Program-made: the position numbers and the translations under genes
Shown: piece after piece, positions 1 through 10,011 of the stretch
Layout of the letters: every line of letters starts with the position of its first letter
How positions within the stretch are numbered: the stretch's first letter is position 1
Origin: Bdellovibrionales bacterium
GTDB taxonomy: Bacteria; Bdellovibrionota; Bdellovibrionia; Bdellovibrionales; JAUICD01
Length of the DNA stretch: 64,000 bases
Reading direction: 5' to 3'
NCBI GenBank assembly: GCA_965262715.1
Contig: OZ253553.1
Location: 352,001 to 416,000 of the forward strand
Notes under the pieces: model-generated
Databases searched by the model: none
What the model was told of the DNA's origin: nothing
What the model saw: the letters and a program-made list of their open reading frames with translations, nothing else

Positions 1-297
1 GATACTGTTTTCACTGATGATGTGAAAAAAGTATTAATAGATTTTAAACCAGATATATCTGTAGTTCCAGCAGGTAGTGCTCAGATGGACATTGGACAAC
101 CTATATTGATGAAAATGGATGAACTGATTGAATTTGCTAAACTCACCTCAGGAAAAGTTATCTTCAATCACCTTGAGGCACTAAATATGTGCCCCACATC
201 AAGAGAAGACTTGAAAAATTGCCTTATAAATAAGAGACTTTATTCTAAATGCTTCATTCCTAATGATGGAGAATCCATGGATATTCTGCCATGTTAA
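1..297 (+). CDS. MBL-fold metallo-hydrolase, C-terminal part (5' end outside window)
   Basis: Frame is open from base 1 (DTVFTDDVKK...KPDISVVPAGSA...ILM...NHLEALNMC), resembling the C-terminal GDT...H.EA.N motifs of MBL-fold hydrolases. Confidence 0.6.
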   Translation, partial: DTVFTDDVKKVLIDFKPDISVVPAGSAQMDIGQPILMKMDELIEFAKLTSGKVIFNHLEALNMCPTSREDLKNCLINKRLYSKCFIPNDGESMDILPC

Positions 298-351
298 AGA
301 TGAGATTCAAATTGCTTAGCTTTTAAAGTGTCATGAACTTTAGATGAAATG

Positions 352-1437
352 CTAGAAAAGTTGAGAGAAGGGTGAACATAAAAGTCCATGAAGAGCAAGG
401 TTGTCAACATGTCCTGGAACAACATAATCTTTAGGAAAATAAGGTGCTGGACTCCTATTATGTCCATCATACATTAAACTATTGGGATCATCATTGTGGC
501 CTACTCCTAAAGCATGTCCAAATTCATGAAGTATACTCTTGCTTAATATAATAGGACTATCTTTGGATGTACTTGTAATATCTAAAGAGTATTTTTCAAT
601 CGCTAAATTTCTAAGGTCTTCAAGGGATTCCAGAGTTTGAGCATCCTTCATTTTTTTATTTGTTTCTTCAAGGATCCATCTTTGAATATCTTCAGGTTTG
701 TCACTTGGGAGTGCAATCTCTTTCCTCTCTATAGACTTAATCATCATATTGTAAAAATCATCACTGCTCATTTCCGATAGCCGTTCCACAAATAGGCGTT
801 GAAGGCCTATAGCGTCCATATCCTCAGGAGGTTCAATACCTATATTTTCTAAATGTGAAGTAAGCATCCATTCAACTAAATTCATAAAGTTACTTGATTC
901 TGCGTATATAACAATATGGGTGTTTATAATAAATACATAAGGTATTGGCAGAGGCTCCCTTACTTGAAAAAGTGTTTTTCCTCTTGATCTTAAGGTGCCA
1001 TTTTTTGAAGTAATATCATCTACATTATATTGATCTTCAGTTAACCAATAGATGACGTTTCTAGGGTTTTGTTTTGCTGTATCCCAATGGCTATCATCAA
1101 TCTCATCACTTATGGTGACTAAGCTAATTTCAGATCCAGGTTCAGGTTCCACCTTCCATTCCTTGGCGGCTTCACGGATAATGTCTCTATGTTGTTCTGG
1201 GATACTATGGTTTAGGTGAAATTCAACTGGTATGTCTGTGCGAGATAGAGGAAAATCAGATACCTCAGGATATCTATCTGGATATGCATCTCTACCATGC
1301 ATCATCAAATCGCATGGATCAATTCTTTCGAGGTTGATTTGGTTTCCTAAAACATAATTGAAATGAAAAGCAAATATTAAAAAAGTTACGAATAATTGAC
1401 AATATCTACACATGATAGACTTCTTGAACTCTAACAC
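352..1437 (-). CDS. Secreted matrixin-like (metzincin) zinc metalloprotease
   Basis: HEFGHALGVGH zinc motif followed by Met-turn SLMY; N-terminal hydrophobic signal. Confidence 0.8.
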   Translation of the reverse strand: MLEFKKSIMCRYCQLFVTFLIFAFHFNYVLGNQINLERIDPCDLMMHGRDAYPDRYPEVSDFPLSRTDIPVEFHLNHSIPEQHRDIIREAAKEWKVEPEPGSEISLVTISDEIDDSHWDTAKQNPRNVIYWLTEDQYNVDDITSKNGTLRSRGKTLFQVREPLPIPYVFIINTHIVIYAESSNFMNLVEWMLTSHLENIGIEPPEDMDAIGLQRLFVERLSEMSSDDFYNMMIKSIERKEIALPSDKPEDIQRWILEETNKKMKDAQTLESLEDLRNLAIEKYSLDITSTSKDSPIILSKSILHEFGHALGVGHNDDPNSLMYDGHNRSPAPYFPKDYVVPGHVDNLALHGLLCSPFSQLF

Positions 1438-1616
1438 TGTATTCAGTAAAGCTTTTAGTATATGAGCAAACTTTTTAGCAGTTTATGACAAGGCATATTA
1501 GAATATACTTTATTTAAGAAAATTTGTTTATTTTTTTCATGTTCTTACATAAAAATCACCATTTCTTTAAAAGTTAAGTTCATCTCCAATACATTAAAAA
1601 AGATGTCTTTATCTAT

Positions 1617-2945
1617 CTATGAGATACTACTCTCGTTATTTTCATCATTTTCAGACATAAGCATTCTAGCATCTTCTATAGGGAGCTCTTCTACTTTTAT
1701 GAGTCTTTTTTCAATGGTTTTGGATTTTTTAGATGCTTTTTCCATGACATCGGAGGCATCATTTAATTTCTTTTGAACATTATCTAACAAACCTGAAAAT
1801 GTCCCAAATTGGGTTTTAATAGCTCCTAAAAGTTTCCAAACATCGGATGACCTCTTTTGAATGGCTAAGGTTCTAAATCCAACAGAAAGACTATTAAGTA
1901 ATGCTGCAAGATTCGTAGGACCTGCAACCATCACACGGTATTCTCTTTGCAAGTCATCAGCTAATCCTGGTTGTCTTAATATCTCAGCATAAAGTCCTTC
2001 TGTTGGGAGGAACATAATTGCAAAATCAGTTGTTTTTGGTGGTGATATATATTTATCTCTTATTGTACGTGCTTCTTTTTTGACAGTAGCCTTTAAAGAA
2101 GAGGTCAGCTTTGATATCTCTGATTCTGAAATATTTTGAGTTGTTATTAATTTCTGATAATCTTCTTGTGGAAATTTGGAATCTACTGGAAGGTATACAA
2201 ATTCATCTTTGTTTTGACCAGGAAGTTTTATGGCAAATTCAACTATTTCTTTACTTCCTTTTTTAATCGAAACATTTTTTTCATATTGTTGTGGGCTCAA
2301 AAACTGCTCGAGAATGTTGCCTAGTTGGAACTCTCCCCATGTCCCTCTTGCTTTGACATTTGTAAGCATTTTTTTAAGATCTCCTACTCCATGGGCTAAG
2401 TTCTTCATCTCTCCTAATCCTTCATAAACCTGTTTAAGTTTGTCACTAACTTGACCAAATGACTCTGACAACCTTCTTTCTAAAGTTCCTTGTAGTTTTT
2501 CATCAACAGTAGCTCTCATTTTCTCCAGTTGGCTTTTATTGTCTTCTTGAACGTTTTTTAATCCTAATTCAACAACTTGTCTTAACTCTTTCTGTGATTT
2601 CAAATGATCATTGGACATTCTAACAAATCGTTCTTCAAAAGATCTGAAATTTTCTTGTTGAATTCTCGAAAGATCTTGAAATGAAGTGGTTATTGAAGAG
2701 CTATATCTTTCTACATTATTTGCTATTTCTTGTCTTAATAATTGAGCTTGATTTAATTGTTCTTTTCGATTAAGAGAGAACTCTGATTTTATTAAACTCT
2801 CATTTCTATTTTGATTTTCCTTTAATAATTTTAAGATGTTTTTAATATCTTCTTTTGATATTTCACTTTCTCTTACATATCTCAATATGATAATATTAAA
2901 AACAATTAAAATGATGTAACAAGTTGCAAATAGAATATAAATCAT
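1617..2945 (-). CDS. rmuC: DNA recombination protein RmuC
   Basis: N-terminal TM, coiled coil, KARGTWGEFQL, VDSKFP, DFAIMFLPTEGLYAE motifs; ATG at 2945 preferred over TTG at 3059. Confidence 0.92.
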   Translation of the reverse strand: MIYILFATCYIILIVFNIIILRYVRESEISKEDIKNILKLLKENQNRNESLIKSEFSLNRKEQLNQAQLLRQEIANNVERYSSSITTSFQDLSRIQQENFRSFEERFVRMSNDHLKSQKELRQVVELGLKNVQEDNKSQLEKMRATVDEKLQGTLERRLSESFGQVSDKLKQVYEGLGEMKNLAHGVGDLKKMLTNVKARGTWGEFQLGNILEQFLSPQQYEKNVSIKKGSKEIVEFAIKLPGQNKDEFVYLPVDSKFPQEDYQKLITTQNISESEISKLTSSLKATVKKEARTIRDKYISPPKTTDFAIMFLPTEGLYAEILRQPGLADDLQREYRVMVAGPTNLAALLNSLSVGFRTLAIQKRSSDVWKLLGAIKTQFGTFSGLLDNVQKKLNDASDVMEKASKKSKTIEKRLIKVEELPIEDARMLMSENDENNESSIS

Positions 2946-3332
2946 GAAATAACCCTGTGTTTTTATTTCGATATGTTTCAACAAAATAATTGTTTTTATA
3001 ATAAATTTTGTCAGAAAATTTTTAATAACTCTTATAACTTTTCTCTTAAAAAAACACAAGTCTTCATTTAATCTTAACTTTTTATTTGGTTTAAAGGTGA
3101 TTTGTTTGTTCTTAAGTCAAGAGAAGTTATTTTAGAAACTCTTTATGGCTATGCTACAAAGTAGCAATTGACAAGTGTTTCCATTTTTTTAGGGCTTCTG
3201 GACTTGATCTTCTGATCTGATAGGAAGTAACTATATAAGTGATTTTCAATAGCTGAATGGGTTTTTCTGTTTTTTTTAAGGTCTGTAATTGCTTAATTGA
3301 TGTAAATTTATAGCCCTTTAACTGGTTATAAA

Positions 3333-4457
3333 TCATCTTGCATAAGTTGGGTAGGATATGTTGTTTTCTCGACGTTCTAAGTCATAAGAACATGAAAGTC
3401 CGTGGGTAGCCAGATCGTCAATATCCCATGAAGTAATAAGGTCTCTAGGGAATTGAAGTATTGGAGGCGTATAAATTTCACTGTACATTAAACTGCCTGG
3501 TTCATTATTGTCGAGTAATCCTAAAGCACGACCAAATTCATGAAGAAGAGTGTTTTTGAACAAAACAGATTTATCGAGAATACTTATATTTGTAAGATCC
3601 ATGGAGTATTCTTTCAACATTAAATCTCTAAGGTCTTCAAAAGATTCAAGAGGTTGAGTGATTTCTTCGCTTATTCTTTCGATGATTTCTCTTTGAATAT
3701 CTTCAGGCTGACCAGTTGGTAGTGTTATCTGTCTATCTCTCATTAAATCAATGATCATGTTATAGAAATCATCATTGTTCATGTTTAATAACCTTTCCAA
3801 AAATAAAATCTGTAGTTCTATTGTGTCCATATCTTCGAGATACTCAACATTTATCCTGTTCAAGTGTTGGATCAATATTTGGCGAGTGGCTTCCATAAAA
3901 GTATTTTTTTCTGCATGTACAAAAATATCAGTGTCATCAATGAGTACAAGAGGTATTGCAACATTGAGGTCATGAGCAAACTCTGTTATTGCTCTTTTTG
4001 ACATTATTCTTTCTTCACGTCTTGAAGTGAAACTTTCATACTCCTCATTATTAAGCCAATAAATTACGTTTTTAAAAGCTTGACTTTGTTCTTCTGCACT
4101 TCGGTCATTATAGTCACTATCATCAATTTCGTCGCGGATAGTGATCAAATCAAAATCATTAGCTTTGCGATTCCATTCCCGAGCAACTGCATAAGCGGCA
4201 AACCGATACATTCCAGGGATGCTACGATTTAAATAAAACCTAACTGGTAGTCGTTTATGGTAAAAAGGAAATTCTAGAAGAGCTAAAAGAGGATACCTAT
4301 CTCTAGGCACATCTCTACCATGTATCATTAAATCGCATGGGTCGATTTCAACACTTGGTTGACCTGCTAAATTATAATGGAAATAGAAAATCACCATTAA
4401 AAATATAAGAAGTGGTTGGCAAGCCTTACACATCATGGGATCCTTAAAGTTGATCAA
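3333..4457 (-). CDS. Matrixin-like paralog with degenerate zinc motif (probably inactive)
   Basis: Shares IDPCDLM.HGRD, DDFYNM, PEDIQR, LEDLR and SLMY with 352-1437, but the motif reads HEFGRALGLLD. Confidence 0.75.
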   Translation of the reverse strand: MINFKDPMMCKACQPLLIFLMVIFYFHYNLAGQPSVEIDPCDLMIHGRDVPRDRYPLLALLEFPFYHKRLPVRFYLNRSIPGMYRFAAYAVAREWNRKANDFDLITIRDEIDDSDYNDRSAEEQSQAFKNVIYWLNNEEYESFTSRREERIMSKRAITEFAHDLNVAIPLVLIDDTDIFVHAEKNTFMEATRQILIQHLNRINVEYLEDMDTIELQILFLERLLNMNNDDFYNMIIDLMRDRQITLPTGQPEDIQREIIERISEEITQPLESFEDLRDLMLKEYSMDLTNISILDKSVLFKNTLLHEFGRALGLLDNNEPGSLMYSEIYTPPILQFPRDLITSWDIDDLATHGLSCSYDLERRENNISYPTYAR

Positions 4458-4653
4458 GCTTAACGCTATATATCATTAAAACTTCCGTTGTGTAAGATGG
4501 CAAACTTTTTGAGAAAAAACTGTAAAAACCACCATTAAAACAGTACAGTTACTAAATCTGTACATACTAACTGCTTGCTTGTTGTAAGCCTTCTGTCGTG
4601 AATAAATTAAAGGTGAGCTAACAAACTGCCAGTGACAATTCTTAGTCTAATGC

Positions 4654-6001
4654 GGCCTTGTTGCACAAAGATTTAAATAGTTTTTATTTTATTTATTTTT
4701 TAAGTAAGATTGTCATTTAATATTTTTTTATCAAGCTGAAAGAGAAGAAGGCACAATCATCTGATTAAGGATTTTACATTTAATAAACACTTCATTTGCT
4801 TGACGATGAAATTCTCTAGAAGATAATTTATCACCTAATAAAGTTTTAAATCTATACATAGCTGTTTCTGATATAGACCTCCTGTGATATTTATGTTTTT
4901 TTTTCCACTTCTTTCTACCCATCTTCTTGATTTCTCTAATATAAGTATCTCTAAGAAGCGGCGATCCCCGACAATTTCCATGCCTCTTAATCACAGCATT
5001 CTTTCTAGGTGGAGCAACCAATTTTATACTTCTATCACTTGTAAACTGATAACAATTCTTACAGTCATAAGCCCCATCAACTGAAACTTGGCCTATCTCA
5101 TCTTCATATCCTGTCAATAACTCTTCAAAAACCTCATTATCCTTTACAGAATTATCACTTAAAACAGATGCCTTAATCTGGGAATTTGACTCATCTACCG
5201 CTAAATGTAGCTTCTTCCAGGTCCTTCTCTTAGAATACCCATGCTGACGGACTTTCCACTCTCCCTCCCCATAAACTTTAAGACCTGTGGAATCAATGAC
5301 AATATGAGGATTCTTGTGAGAAGATAGCTTTCTTTCTAGTTTTACTGATAACTTCTGTAATCTTCTGCAAAGAGTTGTATAATTAGGTATTTCTATATCA
5401 AGACACATAAGTTCAACTAGGGATTTAGCAAAACCTTCTGTAGATCGCAATTTTAAACCAAATATGAATCTTAATATATTAAGAGTTTCAATAGCTTTAT
5501 CAGAGTAAACTTGTTGACCCCCTTGCTTTGAAGAACATTTTGCATACCAAGATTTGACGATATCTGCTGAAAACCAAAAAGTGATTTGACCTCTATTGAC
5601 TAGAGACTTATTATAAAGACTCCAGTTTATTTTTTTATTTTTACCCATCTCTAGCTCCTTCTGATTTAGTGATTGTGAAAGTTGGGGATGGGTAAATTTT
5701 ATAATCACTAAAAACAAAAAATCAAAGTAATAGATATCAAACTCAGAAAAAATAGAGCTTAGGCAAAAAACTTCATATATGGTGCATAATAAACATCTGT
5801 AGGAGAATTATGGCAGGCTTCTGAAATAGGACTAGGCCAGTGCCTTAGGAGAAAAATATCTATAAAGCATTCGATACTATAATAAAATCTTAAAATAATA
5901 GCAATAAAAGGTACAGAGGCCCTCTAAGGCCTATGGAAGATGCCTGACTTAATTCTCTAACTTGTATACACATATTCCATAAATCTTTGTGCAACAAGAC
6001 C
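4654..6001 (-). mobile_element. IS5 family (IS903 group) insertion sequence, complete, 1348 bp
   Basis: 22-bp TIRs ggccttgttgcacaaagattta / taaatctttgtgcaacaagacc (1 mismatch); 9-bp TSD gtctaatgc at 4645-4653 and 6002-6010. Confidence 0.95.
4731..5648 (-). CDS. IS5 family (IS903 group) DDE transposase
   Basis: NWSLYNKSLVNRGQITFW, IDSTGLKVYGEGEW, DGAYD, YHRRSISETAMYRFK; RBS aaggag upstream of ATG 5648. Confidence 0.95.
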   Translation of the reverse strand: MGKNKKINWSLYNKSLVNRGQITFWFSADIVKSWYAKCSSKQGGQQVYSDKAIETLNILRFIFGLKLRSTEGFAKSLVELMCLDIEIPNYTTLCRRLQKLSVKLERKLSSHKNPHIVIDSTGLKVYGEGEWKVRQHGYSKRRTWKKLHLAVDESNSQIKASVLSDNSVKDNEVFEELLTGYEDEIGQVSVDGAYDCKNCYQFTSDRSIKLVAPPRKNAVIKRHGNCRGSPLLRDTYIREIKKMGRKKWKKKHKYHRRSISETAMYRFKTLLGDKLSSREFHRQANEVFIKCKILNQMIVPSSLSA

Positions 6002-6258
6002 GTCTAATGCTAAAAATAGTCAGATACAAGTTTTATTCTGAATGAAATAAATGATATCATTGAACGTTATTAAGCCATGAAAGATAAGTGTTAGAATAAA
6101 TAAAACCTTAGAGGTAGAAGGCTTATAGAAGATTGAGGAAGATTGTAAAATGACAGTTGAGAGACTTATTCAAATAAAGTATAAGTAAAAAACATCTTCA
6201 ATTAATAAAAATTAACTACTTAAGATATTATGAACTTAGATTATTGCTAACTGAATAA

Positions 6259-6543
6259 ATGAAGAGTTTAAAAATGATTTTTCAAGGTAAAAAATATTTT
6301 ATTAAGAAGTTATTTTTTATTTTAACATTTTTGTTATTTTTGAGCAGTTTTGTTTATGCTCAAAATTTTGAAATATTTACTGCGATCTATAAAGGTGATC
6401 TTAATTATGTGAAAGAATTTTTAGCTAATGGAGGAGATGTTGATACATCAGCTTTTGGAGGAATAACCCTTCTTCGTGATGCGATTAGCTTTAAGCAAAC
6501 TCGAACCAAGTCTTTTGCCTTTAACCTTGAAATTATTACATGA
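6259..6543 (+). CDS. Short secreted ankyrin-repeat protein (probably truncated)
   Basis: Signal peptide then AIYKGDLNYVKEFLANGGDVD...GITLL, about one ankyrin repeat. Confidence 0.5.
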   Translation: MKSLKMIFQGKKYFIKKLFFILTFLLFLSSFVYAQNFEIFTAIYKGDLNYVKEFLANGGDVDTSAFGGITLLRDAISFKQTRTKSFAFNLEIIT

Positions 6544-6636
6544 TGTAAAACTAAATTTTCAGAAATTAAGAAATATTTTTGCAAAAGTTATATTGTGGTG
6601 ATATAAGTTACGATATCTTAAACAAGGAGATTTATT

Positions 6637-7099
6637 ATGGATATATTAAAGTTACGTATTTTGATGTGCTTTCTTTGTACTTCTATGCTTTGTTTGATAG
6701 GGTGTGCCACTGAAGTTATTGATAAAAATAATAAATCAGCTCAAAAAAATAATGAGTCAACCCAGATCGATAGTGCTAAATCAGAAAGGAACAAGGAATT
6801 CTTAGATGCTGTAGCAAATGGGAGTGTAGAGCATGTAAAAAGCATTATCAATGCAGGAAAAGTAAATATTAATAGCACTGATACTCAGAGTGGTATGACA
6901 GCTTTGATGATAGCTGTTAGTGATGGTTATACATCTATTGTAGAAGCATTAATAAAAGCAGGAGCTAAGCCTGATGTCAAAGAAGGTAGAGGTTATACAG
7001 CTTTAGATTTAGCAAAAGACAAAGCTTAAAAAAGATCATCCCATCATTAAAATATTAGAAAAAGCAATGGCAAATTCTGCTCAAGGACTTAAACCTTAA
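6637..7099 (+). CDS. Ankyrin-repeat lipoprotein; frameshift near 7022
   Basis: Lipobox LIGC; GMTALMIAVSDGYTSIVEALIKAGA; stop at 7029, but the shifted frame continues LKKDHPIIKILEKAM to 7099. Confidence 0.7.
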
Positions 7100-7344
7100 A
7101 TCCTTTATAAAAGATGAGCTTTTTTGATAAAACTGCAACTTATTGTGTTCTCATTGCTTTATACCAAAACTGAAAACTTTACACATTGTATTATGATATT
7201 GAAAATCTGAAAAATTTGCATGATTTTGTATTATTGACAAGGCTTCTTTTTTGTAATATCTACTTACCTTTTAGATATGATCAATGACAGATTTTTTTTA
7301 AGAGACATTTAGGAGAAATATTAATATTGTGTTTATTTAACACC

Positions 7345-7454
7345 TAGAAGCAGTCTGCCAACTGTTTCCGGGAGTTGTTGCCTGTTTGTCAGATTGTGCT
7401 GGTTACCTAAGAAGTACTTATTTATAACTTTAAGATTTTGTCAGATGGTTTCTA
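7345..7454. repeat. Family B MITE-like palindromic repeat (short copy)
   Basis: tagaagcagtctg...cagatggtttcta ends; octamer core similar to 14040-14235. Confidence 0.6.
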
Positions 7455-8181
7455 ATAATAAAGAATGTGTATAATGAAGCAATTATTTTATTTATCTTTA
7501 TTGACAATTTTATTTTTGGCTTATGATGTATCTGCATTTCAAAGCTTGGATGAACAATCTAAAAATTGTACTTTTAGTCATTATTCAGATATTACTGGTA
7601 TCGAAGTAGTGGATCTTGGTGATAGACAAATATATACTTTATCTACAGAGCATCTTGTTAATGAAAGGGAGATCATTTTTGCAGCTTTCTCAAATCCTAC
7701 TTCCTCAATGCATTTTTCAATGATGCTCGATGAGATCATTAAAAATAATCAGGCAGTGATTGAATCTGAACAATCCGATGTTCAAAAAATAGTAGAATTG
7801 TTTAGATCAGAGCAAATAGATTGGATAGGTTTAGAGACTTCTCCAGAGCAGTTAGAGGTTAATCCTATCGATGTTCGGATTAGAGGTTATTTTGAAAACA
7901 AAGATTTTTTAAACACAAACTTGAATCGCACAGATGGGTGGAACTCAAATAAAACAGAAAAAATACTTTCCCTTATTTATAACCCTTATATTATAGCCCT
8001 TGCAGGTAATCTTAATCTTTTTAATGGAGTTGAAATAATTCCTTTGGATAGTTATGACTTAAGAGGAGCTGAAGCGCAATATTATAATGATATAGATCAT
8101 GATATGAACCTTCTAAGAACTTATCATGTCCGTGTAGGCATCAATCAATCGGTGGTCACAAGTTTTTCACATTTCATAAAA

Positions 8182-9508
8182 GGTGGATTCAAGTCGTAAG
8201 TGCAACACTCCTTGCCTAGTTGTTTAAAGGTGGTTAGAGGAATACTCTAATCAATACCTTTACATAACGAGAGGAGTATTCCATGAGTAAATACACTCAT
8301 CTAACCCAAAGTGACAGATACCAGATTTTAGCACTTTTGCAAAGTGGAAAATCAATAAGTTCAATTGCTACGCAGCTAGGTCGAGATAAAAGCACGATAT
8401 ATAGGGAGCTGAGTCGTAACAAAGGTTTGCGAGGTTATCGTGCTCAACAAGCCCATGAAAAAGCAGTCGATCGTCTTCAAGACTCTCATAGACATATAAA
8501 GATAACACAAAAAGTCATTAATAAGCTTGAGAGGTTTCTTTGTGAACGTTGGAGTCCGGAACAAATATCCGGTTTTCTTAAAACAAAAGGTTTTTCTATA
8601 AGTCATGAGAGTATTTATCAACATATTCTGCGAGATAAGAAATCAGGAGGTGATCTCTACAAATTTTTAAGATGTCAGAAGAAACGCAAGAAGCGATATG
8701 GTACAAGTAGGTTTGATAAAAGGGGTCAGATACAGAATAGAGTGAGTATTGATAAAAGACCTAAGATAGTAGATAAGAGGATTCGCATAGGAGACTGGGA
8801 AGGTGATTTAATGATAGGTAGACATCATAAAGGAGCTTTAGTCACACTGGTAGATAGATGTTCTAAGAAGACGAGGATTGTCAAAATAGAATCTAAGAGT
8901 TCTGAGGCAGTATTTCATGCTATTTCTAAAACTCTTAAAAGAGAGGTTGTTCATACAATGACTTTGGATAATGGTAAAGAGTTTTCGTGTCATGAGAAGA
9001 TCAGTGAATATACCGGATGTAAAGTTTATTTTGCACATCCTTACAGTTCATATCAGAGGGGTTTAAATGAGAACACGAATGGTTTAATCCGTCAGTATTT
9101 TCCAAAGAAGACAGACTTTAGAGAAATCACCTCTAAGGATGTAAAAAAGGTTGAGTTTCTTTTAAATCACCGCCCTCGAAAGAGTTTAGGTTTTCTAACT
9201 CCCAATGAGTTTCATAGACAGAAGATGATTTGTTGAAATCATTATCAATTCAAAATTACTTATCCTATATAACAGCTTTTTGTAAGTAAAAATTGATGTT
9301 TATAGTAAAGGCAAGTTTTTCCGCAGAGCTTTAGCTCGAGGACTACTTGCCTTTACTATAAACATCAAAGTATATCTCTTCAAATAAAATAATTTACTGT
9401 AATCTTTCACTATAATTAAAACTTTGTTGGAATATTAATCTTAAAATGATATAACTTTTAAAAATATCTATAACCGCAAAAGTGTTGCACTTGCGATTTG
9501 AAGTTACA
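8182..9508 (+). mobile_element. IS30 family insertion sequence, complete (divergent variant), 1327 bp
   Basis: IRL ggtggattcaagtcgtaagtgcaac, IRR gttgcacttgcgatttgaagttaca; 3-bp TSD AAA. Confidence 0.93.
8283..9236 (+). CDS. IS30 family transposase
   Basis: N-terminal HTH (GRDKSTIYRELSRN), WSPEQI, GDWEGD, DNGKEF, RGLNENTNGLIRQYFPK. Confidence 0.97.
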   Translation: MSKYTHLTQSDRYQILALLQSGKSISSIATQLGRDKSTIYRELSRNKGLRGYRAQQAHEKAVDRLQDSHRHIKITQKVINKLERFLCERWSPEQISGFLKTKGFSISHESIYQHILRDKKSGGDLYKFLRCQKKRKKRYGTSRFDKRGQIQNRVSIDKRPKIVDKRIRIGDWEGDLMIGRHHKGALVTLVDRCSKKTRIVKIESKSSEAVFHAISKTLKREVVHTMTLDNGKEFSCHEKISEYTGCKVYFAHPYSSYQRGLNENTNGLIRQYFPKKTDFREITSKDVKKVEFLLNHRPRKSLGFLTPNEFHRQKMIC

Positions 9509-10011
9509 AAATCTAAAACGAATAGATTTGAATTTCTCACAATTTCATCTAACGAACTTGAAGAGTTTTTAGATAAGCTTAGAGTTGAAGATAATACTCG
9601 AATTTATATGAGAATGATCGTAGAGAAAACCAATGAGGCAACAAATATATCTCGAGAGCGAGATCAAAATGTTGTTGCATCTATTCTAAATCAACATGGA
9701 AATGGCTTAGTGCTCTTTGGAGCAGCTCATGGACCAGGTATTAAGCAAGGCTTAACAGCAGCTTGTCAGAATAATTTATGAAAAGTTAAGAGTTCATGCT
9801 GTCAAATTTTTAGACGGTTAATTGTCAACTTTATAACCATTATCTTTTTTAAAGGACCTTTAAACTGTTTATCTTTAAGAGCTACTGTCATAATTTGAGG
9901 TGTTTTTTTAATTTATTTGTATAAGTATGAGCCATTTACAACTCTTTTTTTGATAAAATGTTTTAGTTCTAGGCAAACTCTACCGAAGTTTTATAAGGGA
10001 GAGGCGTCTAT

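Larger units (their letters stand above)
7465..9781 (+). pseudogene. Secreted protein (TraB/GumN-like C-terminal motif) interrupted by IS30
   Basis: Removing IS 8182-9508 plus one AAA TSD joins 7465-8181 in frame with 9512-9781 (about 328 aa); C-terminus RERDQ...LVLFGAAH. Confidence 0.75.

Noticed and set aside
8376..9038. Conserved antisense ORFs in the IS30 copies
   Set aside because: Shadows of the transposase, conserved only because the IS copies are near-identical
9293..9368. Hammerhead or other known ribozyme in the family C hairpin
   Set aside because: No CUGANGA/GAAA core recognisable on either strand
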